A stretch of DNA of 64,000 bases from Cyanophyceae cyanobacterium (GTDB lineage: Bacteria; Cyanobacteriota; Cyanobacteriia; Cyanobacteriales; Laspinemataceae): the NCBI GenBank assembly GCA_038321985.1, contig JBBQFN010000010.1, positions 64,001 through 128,000 on the forward strand, in the 5' to 3' direction. Below, piece after piece: positions 48,968-58,357 of the stretch (its first letter is position 1; every line of letters starts with the position of its first letter). Position numbers and translations under genes: made by a program. Below the pieces are notes generated by a model that had not been told where the DNA came from, did no database searches, and saw only the letters and a program-made list of their open reading frames with translations.

Positions 48968-49237
48968 CTAAAAGGCTTCCAATAAATCAATGAGGGTAAC
49001 TTCTTCTTGCGATAAAGAAGCAGTGCCTAAAGACGATGACGGTTTAGGAAAGGAACCGACTTCTGGGGTACCTTCCCAAGGCAGCAAACGGAAATAATCC
49101 TCTACTCCTAGGGTCCATCGGGAGGAGGGGTCCGTCGGTATTCCGCTAGAACGGGTAGAGAGGAGTTCTCCTTGCCAATTGAATTGACTAAAATATTCTT
49201 GTACGGAGAGTTGTAATAAGGATTTGCCGTTATTCAT
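48968..49237 (-). CDS. Small hypothetical protein of the V4R operon
   Basis: Internal duplicated motif LSVQEYFSQFNWQG / LGVEDYFRLLPWEG; overlaps the upstream gene by ATGA. Confidence 0.7.
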   Translation of the reverse strand: MNNGKSLLQLSVQEYFSQFNWQGELLSTRSSGIPTDPSSRWTLGVEDYFRLLPWEGTPEVGSFPKPSSSLGTASLSQEEVTLIDLLEAF

Positions 49238-49935
49238 CGCAAGCGTTCTCCGGCTTCTAGGCGTTGTTGAATATCACGAGCAGTGGCTCCTTCATTTTGC
49301 CAGAATGCAGCAGCATCAATGCGGTCTTGACTGCCGAGTAAAAATTTACAATAGGTTTCACCCATTGAGTAACATTGAAGTTCGATGCAGCTTAACTGTT
49401 TGTTGACCAAGCAGGTGAAGAATCCGGCAAATAAACCAGCGTAGATATAGCAGACGGGTTTACCCACGTCACCGAGGGTGCGTGCAACCGCAGAATCAAA
49501 CAGGTTAATAAACATAAATCCATGTTTGCGATCGCTCAAATCCACTTCCCAGCGTCCCCACCCCTGGGCGGTAAAGGGCCACCACCAAGTCTCTAACAGG
49601 AACATCAGGTTCGCTTGACGGATATCCCGCTCATATTCTTTCTCAAACCACTTTTTGAAAAATTCGGCGTCTTTGGTCCCCCATTCGCAACCAATGGTGT
49701 ACATGATCACCGATGCAGCACTGCCGACTTCTTCTTCTAAACCCTCAACTAGACCAATAATAAAGTCTTCGCTGGTAAAGGTATTCCGTCCCTCATTCCA
49801 GTCTGTGACAATTCCCGTGTCAGAATGAAATGAAAAGAAATCCTGAAAGCCATAGTGATTGTGCTTTTTAGGCTGCTTTTGCTGACGATCTCGTTCTATG
49901 TTAGCAGCCAGTTTTTTAGGGGTAGATACTACCAT
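49234..49935 (-). CDS. V4R domain protein (Slr0144-like)
   Basis: HNHY..DFF, LEEEVG, WWWPFTAQGWG, GKPVCYIYAGLFAGFF, CIELQCYSMGETYCKF. Confidence 0.88.
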   Translation of the reverse strand: MVVSTPKKLAANIERDRQQKQPKKHNHYGFQDFFSFHSDTGIVTDWNEGRNTFTSEDFIIGLVEGLEEEVGSAASVIMYTIGCEWGTKDAEFFKKWFEKEYERDIRQANLMFLLETWWWPFTAQGWGRWEVDLSDRKHGFMFINLFDSAVARTLGDVGKPVCYIYAGLFAGFFTCLVNKQLSCIELQCYSMGETYCKFLLGSQDRIDAAAFWQNEGATARDIQQRLEAGERLR

Positions 49936-51391
49936 CAGACAATACTCCTGGTGATGGGATGGGGTCTTGATTTAGGCGCTGTCCCGGTCAGTTCCGTTCA
50001 GCGGCTGACTGGCTGCCTGGGGGTGGGTTGTCTCGGCCCTATTTGAATCTGACCGATGCCATGTTTAGCCGTGCCGCTCTATTTCTAATTTTAGGCAACT
50101 GAGAGGACATCTGGAACGATTAATTTTGGCGATCGCCCTCTAAACCCGTAAAATTGCGGAGGAAAGTTATTAAATTAAGAATAAAGTATTTAAAATTGGC
50201 GATTGTTAATGCGGTATTTTAAACATTGCAGGACAAGGAGAAAATAAATTTACCCCAGGAGGTGATTGACATTTCACTAACTTTATGTATTAAAACCGTC
50301 AAATGGGGCAGCGATCGCCCCTTAAACTAGGCCCTACTTCCCAACCTAGAGCATTCCGTAGAGGCACTCAATCCCCCCTCTGTTTTAAGCCAATTCACCC
50401 CGGCGATCGTCGCCCCTAAATTAGTAAGCAAAAACTGACCTATTCAAAGGGGCGGCTACAGAAGCACAGATCAGTTTACATTTTACCGACAAAAAACAGA
50501 CAATTCAAGCCAGATTGAGTATTAAGCGCTCTAAGTTTTATAAATATTCTAGAATAAAATTAATTTCTGTAAAACTCAGTTTTTAAGCGTCAATTCTTTA
50601 CTTAAATTATTTCCCCTCTCGGCTTTCTCGTCCCGATCTAGCTACCGAAATAAGCCAACGTAAACCCCAAAATTTAACAGAATTTCTCACTTATCAGAGA
50701 TAAAATTAGGGGGGATTTGCCACGGAAAGAGCTAAATTTGGAACATCCGGCTGGAGAGATAGCAAACAGTTCCAGATCACGAATAGCGGCAACTTGACGC
50801 ACTCCAGGGACTTAGAAAGGATGGGAAAACCTTAATTTTTCAGCGTTACTTCAATATAAATTTCCAGTGGTTCGGTTCCAGTCCGTGAGTCTTCAAAAGC
50901 CCTAAACTGGTGAATCTTCAGCCCTCTCTTCACGGGATATTGTAGAATAGGAACCGATTTATTAAGGGATTTTGAATCTAATCTTGCTCATATTGCATTC
51001 AAACAGTGCTAAAATTAAGCGGGTATTTCATACCGGCGGTTACCTAGGTGAATTTCCCTGAAATTAGGTTGTTTTCGGATTTTCAACAAGTAACTTAAAT
51101 CAGGGGAACCTAAATATTCACTTTATAACCGGCTTCTTACTAAAGAGACCCACTCAGACAGATAGAGGCTAATTTTAAAGAGGCGCACCTACCACTGGAT
51201 TGAGATTTAAAAAATTGGAAAGAGGGTTTTGGCATATTTTACCTCAAGAAAAAAAATTAGCTTAAATACCTCTACCGGGTTTTGATGGAAGCATAAAAAT
51301 AGGTCAAATTGATGGACCCAATTTTTATCCTTATTCCCGGGTTAAGACACAAAAAGACCTAAAATCTAGAACAAAACAAAAAGGAACACTC

Positions 51392-52567
51392 ATGACTGTT
51401 TTTATTGCTTTAAGTGACAACAATACCCTAGTTGCGTTTGACTCTAACAATCCTGCACAAGTCTCTTCAGTGGGACTAACGGGGATAAACGGGACTTTAC
51501 TCGGAATTGATACCCGACCGGCCAACGGTTTGATTTACGGCATTACAACGACCAACAATATTTACTCGATTGACCCCAAGAATCTGGGATTTACTCTTGA
51601 TACTAATGGAACACTCAATAGCGCCATGACCCCGCCAACGGTGGCTGCCACATTGGTTAGTACATTATCTGAACCTTTTCAAGGAGGGACAGTCTCGGGA
51701 GTAGACTTTAATCCGGTTCCGGACCGTCTGCGATTAGTGGGGGAAAACGACCAAAATTTCCGGATTAATGTTGATACCGGGGCAGTGATTCTTGATGGTA
51801 CTCTAGCATTTGCGGCAAACGATCCCAATGGGGCTGTTAATCCGAATGTGAGTGCCGCTGCTTATACCAATTCATTTGCAGGCACGACTTCTACCGCCCT
51901 CTATAATATCGATACTCAACTCAATACCCTGCTACTACAAAATCCCCCAAATGATGGGACGCTAGTTACCGTTGGTAATTTAGGAGTGGATTTTGGTAAT
52001 TTGGGAGGGTTTGATATCGTTTCGGGGATGGCGGGGGAGAATGCTGCATTTGCAGTTTCTAACTCGATGCTTTATTCAATTAACCTCACCAATGGTCAAG
52101 CTACTAGCATGGGGATGATTGGGTCGAATGCGGGCTTAAATTTACAAGGGTTGGCTGCCGTACCGACTTCTGCTTTCCAAGACCCGATCACGGGGGAGGG
52201 TGAATTTAACCCGGCTCAATATTTAGCCTCTCATCCGGATTTGATTGCTGCCTTTGGCTATAATTTGGCCGCCGCTGGTGAACATTATATGCAGTTTGGT
52301 ATGGCCGAAAATCGAGCGTTAGATACGTTTGACGAAGTGCGCTATCTAGGGTCTTACGGGGACTTGATTCAGGTAATTGGGCTTAATCCAGAGTTGGCGA
52401 CTGAGCATTATGTTACATTTGGGGCTTCCGAAGGGCGAGTTACTAATCTGTTTGATCCAGTCAGCTACCTCAGTAATTACGCGGATTTAAGGGCTGCTTT
52501 TGGTAATGATTTAGTGGCAGCTACTCAACACTACATCCAAGCTGGATTTAGTGAGGGTCGCGTTTAA
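51392..52567 (+). CDS. DUF4394-domain protein with three C-terminal ~40-aa repeats
   Basis: LLGIDTRPANG, GVDFNPVPDRLR, AAAYTN, QNPPNDGTL; repeats F.P..YL.S..DL..AFG....A..HY..FG..E.R. Confidence 0.8.
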   Translation: MTVFIALSDNNTLVAFDSNNPAQVSSVGLTGINGTLLGIDTRPANGLIYGITTTNNIYSIDPKNLGFTLDTNGTLNSAMTPPTVAATLVSTLSEPFQGGTVSGVDFNPVPDRLRLVGENDQNFRINVDTGAVILDGTLAFAANDPNGAVNPNVSAAAYTNSFAGTTSTALYNIDTQLNTLLLQNPPNDGTLVTVGNLGVDFGNLGGFDIVSGMAGENAAFAVSNSMLYSINLTNGQATSMGMIGSNAGLNLQGLAAVPTSAFQDPITGEGEFNPAQYLASHPDLIAAFGYNLAAAGEHYMQFGMAENRALDTFDEVRYLGSYGDLIQVIGLNPELATEHYVTFGASEGRVTNLFDPVSYLSNYADLRAAFGNDLVAATQHYIQAGFSEGRV

Positions 52568-52575
52568 AAGAAAGA

Positions 52576-52652
52576 AACGACTAAAGTTGTGACACGGAAC
52601 AATTAAGAACCGACTAAAATTGTTCCGGTTTGTAGTAACGACTTTAGTCGTT
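52576..52652. repeat. REP-like palindrome cluster between convergent genes
   Basis: AACGACTAAAGTTGT, ACCGACTAAAATTGTT, GTAGTAACGACTTTAGTCGTT. Confidence 0.7.
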
Positions 52653-52673
52653 ATCGGCAGTGGTAATCTCCCA

Positions 52674-53633
52674 TTAATTGCTGCCCTGTAGCATTGCCTG
52701 CTGTCCTTGGGGTGAGGTTGCATAACCTAAAAAGGCTTGGACTGCTGGGTTGGGCGGGTGCTTATAGGCGTAGGATAGGACACGCTGGAAGGGATAATTC
52801 GGGTGATCGGGCATCATGCCATCGATCGCCAGGGTTTTTACAGTTTGCTGATTTGCAACTTGGGCAAAGGTGGCGTAACCCATCCCGTTACGTCCCAATT
52901 GTCGCAGCATTCCGGTGGTTTCATCCCGGGGAAGGGTGGTTATGTTGGGAGTGTTTCCGAAATTGCCCCCCTTGAGTACAATCTCCTGAAACGCTTGATG
53001 AGTGCCACTGATGCGGGGGCGATTAATGACTTGAATGGGTCCGGCAAGTCCCCCAATCTCCTGCCAATCGGTGATTTGTCCTTGGAAAATTTGCCGGACT
53101 TGTTCCCTCGTCAATCCGCCACTGTAGGGATTGTCAATACCAACAACTAGGGCAATTCGATCGCTGGCGACGGGTATTACCGTTAATCCCTGGGCTTTTT
53201 CTTGGGGGGTCAGCGATCGCGAAATTGCAGCAAGGTCAGCATTCCCCGCCAGAATAGACTCGATTCCGCGATCGCTTCCATTGGCAACCGCGAGAACGCT
53301 AGTCCCGGCATATTGTCCCTCAAACCCCTGTTTAAGATTCTGATTGATAGTCACCATACTGGTAGAACCGTCAATTCTAACTGAGGTATTGGCGGGGACT
53401 GATGCAGGCATGGAAAAACTTTGAGTTCTAGGCGGAGTGGGCGCAGGGGGGACCGCAGGGGGGGCCCCAGGAAGTTGCGGAGTGGGGGATACCTCGGTTT
53501 GTGGGGAGATTGGAACACTGGGAGTGATTTGGGTAGTTTCTTCTTCCGAACTCAAGAACCAGTAACCGACTGCGGCTAGAATCAAAAAGGTTACGAAATA
53601 AAGAATAGGAGAAGGTCCACTTTTGTTTGTCAC
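52674..53633 (-). CDS. PstS-like phosphate-binding protein, membrane-anchored
   Basis: N-terminal TM, Pro-rich linker, IDGSTSM, GS..GI, AAISR, IF.G.ITDW..IGG, SGT. Confidence 0.8.
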   Translation of the reverse strand: MTNKSGPSPILYFVTFLILAAVGYWFLSSEEETTQITPSVPISPQTEVSPTPQLPGAPPAVPPAPTPPRTQSFSMPASVPANTSVRIDGSTSMVTINQNLKQGFEGQYAGTSVLAVANGSDRGIESILAGNADLAAISRSLTPQEKAQGLTVIPVASDRIALVVGIDNPYSGGLTREQVRQIFQGQITDWQEIGGLAGPIQVINRPRISGTHQAFQEIVLKGGNFGNTPNITTLPRDETTGMLRQLGRNGMGYATFAQVANQQTVKTLAIDGMMPDHPNYPFQRVLSYAYKHPPNPAVQAFLGYATSPQGQQAMLQGSN

Positions 53634-53766
53634 GGTTTTTATGATTAAGGGTAAAAATTGACTGCTATCAAATTGTGCTGAAGGAGTCAGTTCAAGGGTG
53701 CCTTTTGGTGATATTTTTATTGAGTGTAAAGGGTTGACTTGAGTTTTTCAAGTATAATTAATCACA

Positions 53767-53961
53767 ATGGATAGTAATACTATATTTATTTTCAAGGTGG
53801 TGATTGCTTCCGCGATCGTTTCTGGCGCTATCAAATATGGGGGTCCTCGGGTCTTGATTCCAGAAACATCCCCGATCGCCTTGATCCTGGTTTGTACACC
53901 GTCAGCGATCGTCTTCGGAGTTCTGACTTGGCGACTTTATTTCCAGAGTTCCCAGAATTGA
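53767..53961 (+). CDS. Small two-TM hypothetical protein
   Basis: 64 aa, FKV.I.S...S.AIKYGGP pattern; TATAAT upstream. Confidence 0.65.
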   Translation: MDSNTIFIFKVVIASAIVSGAIKYGGPRVLIPETSPIALILVCTPSAIVFGVLTWRLYFQSSQN

Positions 53962-54183
53962 AGGGGCTCAGAAGCAACTAGCCCTGTTCTGCGCCAGGGT
54001 GTGGCCCGATCGCCCTGGAGAAGGGCACTCCGCAGCTTTTTAGGGCGACAATCCCCTCTTGGGGCTATATTGAGTATCAAGTAGAATCTTTCGGGTTAAT
54101 CTGCTGGAGATTGGGACCACTGATTTAGGGTCGAAGCAGAGCGGGGTCAAGTGAAATAGCCTCGATAGGAGGGAGCGAGCACA

Positions 54184-55410
54184 GTGAATTTAGGTCAATG
54201 GATAGGCTTATTAGCCCTTTTTATTTCTTTCTATATTATCTGGCAAATTCGAGAAATTTTATTGCTGCTTTTTGCAGCAGTGGTCCTAGCAACCGCCTTA
54301 AATCGACTCGCTCGCCGGTTGCAATGGTTTGGGATAAAACGCGGTTGGGCGGTGATGGTTTCCATCCTCCTGCTCTTATTAGTTTTGGTTAGTTTCTTTT
54401 GGCTAATTGTTCCTCCCTTTGCGACGCAACTCCAACAATTAATCCAACTGCTGACCTTGGGAGTGGCCGAAATCAATGATATCCTTTATCAAGTCAGAAC
54501 CCAAGTTCCTCCGCAATTAAAGCAATATTTACCGGATGTTAATAATATTGTTCAACAATTGCAACCCCTTGCCAATCAATTACTAGGAGGAGCTGGGGCA
54601 GTTGTAGGGGGTACTTTTGGGGGATTGTTGAGCTTTTTATTAGTCTTAGTTCTGGCTTTAATGATGGTCAGCAATCCTCAATCTTACCGGAATGCCTTCG
54701 TACGGCTATTCCCTTCATTTTATCGCTGGCGGGTTGACGGGATTCTTGATCGCTGCGATGTGGCGTTAGGGGGATGGCTGATTGGCATTCTTTTTAATAT
54801 GATGGTGATTGGAGTATTGAGCTGGATTGGCCTATTAATTTTGGGAGTTCCCCTAGCCCTGGCTAATGGAGTATTAGCGGGTTTGTTAACGTTTATTCCA
54901 AATATTGGTCCGGCCTTAAGCGCAATTCCTCCTATGGCGATCGCCCTGCTAGATGCCCCCTGGAAATCCTTAGCGGTGCTGGGTTTATATATTTTTATTC
55001 AGCAGTTAGAAAGTAATTTATTGACTCCTTATGTGATGGCTGAGCAGATTTTTTTACTGCCGGCGGTAACTTTAATGGCGCAAGTCTTTTTTGCTTCAAT
55101 TTTTGGGTTTTTCGGGCTATTTATGGCCCTGCCTTTAACATTGGTGCTTCAGGTTTGGTTCCAAGAAACCTTGGTGAAAGATATCTTAGACCGATGGCGC
55201 AAACCCCTAGCGCCAAGACGCCCACGCCTAGAGGCGATCGCCGCAGTTGACCCGGGAGCAGAATCCGTGCCGTATTTGCCATCATCGAGTCAGGAATTAT
55301 CCTCCGTGGACTATGACCCTTGGGACGATCGCCCCCAGGGAAGCGATCGCCATCCCACCCCTGCCGAAGGGAACTCCGGAACCGAGTTTCAGGACCCTCA
55401 ACCGGAATAA
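54184..55410 (+). CDS. AI-2E family transporter
   Basis: LAGLLTFIPNIGP, QQLESNLLTP and multiple TM segments. Confidence 0.9.
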   Translation: MNLGQWIGLLALFISFYIIWQIREILLLLFAAVVLATALNRLARRLQWFGIKRGWAVMVSILLLLLVLVSFFWLIVPPFATQLQQLIQLLTLGVAEINDILYQVRTQVPPQLKQYLPDVNNIVQQLQPLANQLLGGAGAVVGGTFGGLLSFLLVLVLALMMVSNPQSYRNAFVRLFPSFYRWRVDGILDRCDVALGGWLIGILFNMMVIGVLSWIGLLILGVPLALANGVLAGLLTFIPNIGPALSAIPPMAIALLDAPWKSLAVLGLYIFIQQLESNLLTPYVMAEQIFLLPAVTLMAQVFFASIFGFFGLFMALPLTLVLQVWFQETLVKDILDRWRKPLAPRRPRLEAIAAVDPGAESVPYLPSSSQELSSVDYDPWDDRPQGSDRHPTPAEGNSGTEFQDPQPE

Positions 55411-55566
55411 GGGTAAAAACTGTTTAAAAGGGTTATTGCCTCCCCCCATTCCCGTTTTAAAATTATTTTTTATACCCCAAAATAACTCCACTTGGAGAAG
55501 GAAAGAATCCATTAAAAATAGGGTAAAAATTTTGAGAATTAATCCCGATATTAGATAACCAAAGGT

Positions 55567-56748
55567 ATGCGAACGATTGCCGAAATTAATGAAAAAATAA
55601 GCCAGAAAAAAGCGGTAGTCTGGACTGTAGAAGAATTAAAAGCGCGGGTTGTGGAAAAGGGCATCCCGGCGGTGGCAAAAGAAGTGGATGTGGTCACGAC
55701 GGGTACCTTTGAACCGATGGAGTCATCCGGGGCGATTATTAACCTGGGACATACGGACCCCCCGATTAAAATTCGCCGTTGCTGGTTAGATGGAGTGCCC
55801 GCCTACTCCGGTTTTGGGGCGGTGGATTTGTATGTCGGGGCGACCGAAGTCGCAGAAGCCCAAGATGGAGAGGAAGTCAGGGAACGAGGAGGGGGTCACG
55901 CGATCGCCGATTTAATTGCTGGAAAACCGATTCATTTACGGGCGATCGGACAGGTGACCGATTGCTATCCCCGGGCCTCGTTTGAAACCACCCTGACCAA
56001 GGATACGATTAACCAGTTTTATTTATATAATCCTCGTAACTTATATCAAAATTTTATTGTAGGAGTGAATGGAGGCGATCGCCCCTTGTTTACCTACCTT
56101 GGTCCCTTACAACCCGGTCTCGGCAATGCCGTCTATTCCAACCCCGGAGCCATTTCGCCCCTCCTTAACGACCCCGAACTGCAACTCATTGGCCCAGGAA
56201 CGCGGATTTTTTTAGGAGGGGGAATTGGCTATGTCGCTTGGGAAGGGACTCAGCACTTTCCCAAGCAAAAACGCCTCCCTAATAAGACGCCGATTGGGCC
56301 TGCTGCAACCTTAGCCTTGATTGGGGATGCCAAACAAATGAATCCGCGATGGGTGCGGGGTTGCTACTTCCACAATTACGGACCCTCCTTAATGCTTGGG
56401 GTTGGGGTCCCATTACCCATCCTTAATGAGGAAGTGGTCCTGCACTGTGCGGTGCAAGACCAAGATATAGTCGCCCCGGTTGTGGATTTCTCCATCCCCC
56501 GGCGCGTTCGTCCTACCTTTGGGTTAGTCAGCTATGCCCAACTCAAAACGGGTCGCATTACCCTCGAAGGCAAACCCGTGCGCACGGCACCTCTAGCCAG
56601 TCTCTTCTTTTCCCGTCAAGTTGCTCTGGAATTGAAGCAGTGGATCGAATCCGGGCAGTTTACCCTAACCGAACCTGTCATCCCCCTGCCGATGGACCGC
56701 TCATTTTTACCCCAAAATGTATGGGGGTCTCAACTGAGCTTAGAATAA
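55567..56748 (+). CDS. Homocysteine biosynthesis enzyme (DUF39, L-aspartate semialdehyde sulfurtransferase-like)
   Basis: RTIAEINEKI, VDVVTTGTFEPM.SSGA, TDCYPR, NPRN.YQN, SPLLNDP, GTRIFLGG. Confidence 0.88.
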   Translation: MRTIAEINEKISQKKAVVWTVEELKARVVEKGIPAVAKEVDVVTTGTFEPMESSGAIINLGHTDPPIKIRRCWLDGVPAYSGFGAVDLYVGATEVAEAQDGEEVRERGGGHAIADLIAGKPIHLRAIGQVTDCYPRASFETTLTKDTINQFYLYNPRNLYQNFIVGVNGGDRPLFTYLGPLQPGLGNAVYSNPGAISPLLNDPELQLIGPGTRIFLGGGIGYVAWEGTQHFPKQKRLPNKTPIGPAATLALIGDAKQMNPRWVRGCYFHNYGPSLMLGVGVPLPILNEEVVLHCAVQDQDIVAPVVDFSIPRRVRPTFGLVSYAQLKTGRITLEGKPVRTAPLASLFFSRQVALELKQWIESGQFTLTEPVIPLPMDRSFLPQNVWGSQLSLE

Positions 56749-56817
56749 TCCAGCCGCAGGGTCTTGCACAGGAGAGAATTCAGGTGCAGGAATTCAAAAG
56801 CGACTCTAACGAACAGG

Positions 56818-57807
56818 TTATTCCTGATTCTGGGGTTTATTGCGCTTGACGGGTTTGGGAAGCGGGTCAGTCCGAGGTGCTGAGGGCGGTTGAACCGTTG
56901 CGTTGGGGACTGGGCGTCCAGAACTCTTGTAGGGGCGGTTGCTGCCGCCCGGTTTACCCCCTTTCCCTTTAAAGGGCTTTTTCTTTTTGGGAGCAATTGA
57001 TCCCATGTCATTTCCCTGCTCAATCAACAGAGAATTTTCCTGACGCTTAACGTGCAAGTCCCAGAAATGACCGACAGCTTTTCCCGGTAAAGTCCCCTCA
57101 AGCTGTAACTTGAAAAACTTAGGTTTGGTGTCAGAATCTTTAGGGTTTTGTTTGATTTTAACGACGATATATTGCTCGTCCTGAGCTTGAAAAATGACCT
57201 CGCCACGAATCGAAAAATAGCCATCTTGAATCTCTACTTCGGCATTTTCTTCCGGGGGGGATGACTCCTCGGTAACCGGTGCAGTCGCCTCGGCAGTTGG
57301 AACAGTAGATTCCCAGAGAGTCGGTGTCAGTTTTTCCGGCTCCCACACCCCCATAATTTGGACGTGTAAGGTTTTTTCTTTCTGTCTAGTGCGAGGGTAA
57401 ACTACCCAGAGGTGGTTTTCTTCATCGCTGAGATGATTTTTGACCAAACTCATCACTTTCCCCAACAAAACGGCATCAATTGCCGTTCCTTCTGGAGTGA
57501 TCAAATTTCCTCGGGTGAATTGTTCTTCCGAGGGGTGATAGCGACCCGCTACCAATCCGATCGCCCGATATTGCTTCGGTTCAGAAGGCAAGGGAATCGG
57601 ATGATGCCGCATCACTGTCACGTCCGCATCATTGGGGGCGTCCTCGCGATCGGGGACATTCGTAGATTCGGACACCGGGTCGGGTTCCGGCGATGGTGGG
57701 GGAGGAGTAGACGAGAAGGCAGGCGGGTTGGCCTGAGCGCTTGGATCGGGCTGGCCTGCTTCTGGAGTATTAGCGGAGCTTGGGAATTGATTGGGAGAGG
57801 AATTCAT
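56818..57807 (-). CDS. Conserved cyanobacterial hypothetical protein
   Basis: PIP.PSEPKQYRAIGLV, LWVVYPRT, GYFSIRGEV; start at ATG 57807 after AAGGAGG. Confidence 0.75.
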   Translation of the reverse strand: MNSSPNQFPSSANTPEAGQPDPSAQANPPAFSSTPPPPSPEPDPVSESTNVPDREDAPNDADVTVMRHHPIPLPSEPKQYRAIGLVAGRYHPSEEQFTRGNLITPEGTAIDAVLLGKVMSLVKNHLSDEENHLWVVYPRTRQKEKTLHVQIMGVWEPEKLTPTLWESTVPTAEATAPVTEESSPPEENAEVEIQDGYFSIRGEVIFQAQDEQYIVVKIKQNPKDSDTKPKFFKLQLEGTLPGKAVGHFWDLHVKRQENSLLIEQGNDMGSIAPKKKKPFKGKGGKPGGSNRPYKSSGRPVPNATVQPPSAPRTDPLPKPVKRNKPQNQE

Positions 57808-58357
57808 AAAACCTCCTTGCGGCGGAGACACATCCGGTGACAGCTAACTTGAAAAACGCTTTATGATTCTAAACCTGAATTTGACAGGTTCTATAGAATT
57901 AAGCTCGTCGCATCCTGACTTAAAATAAGTCCGTTTGGCAACCGATCGCTGTCTGAAGACAGGGGCTGACTGCCATCAGGCTGCTGATTTTACCTAAAAT
58001 GCAAGGATGCTAGGGCCAAATCCGCATGGTTTCTGCTTTTCACTCGCTTACACACCATTCGTACCCGTCAAATCTAGGCGATTTGGGGTACGCTCTGTCC
58101 ATGCTTGCTCGTGGCGTAATGCCGAAAACTAGGTTTTTTTCATGCAGATGGGCGTTAAAACCCACTCAAGATCAAGATAGCATTGAGTCGGCTTTTCCCG
58201 CTTTGCTGGGTTAGGGCTAAGGCGATCGCTTCTCAATGGGTTAGTGAATATCCCTGACGTCACTTAACGGCTGTAGTCTGGGAATGTAATTCGTCTAAGA
58301 ATCGCTGCGGTTACCGGCGATGATGACTAAAATGTTGATAGAGTTAGAGGTTTTATA

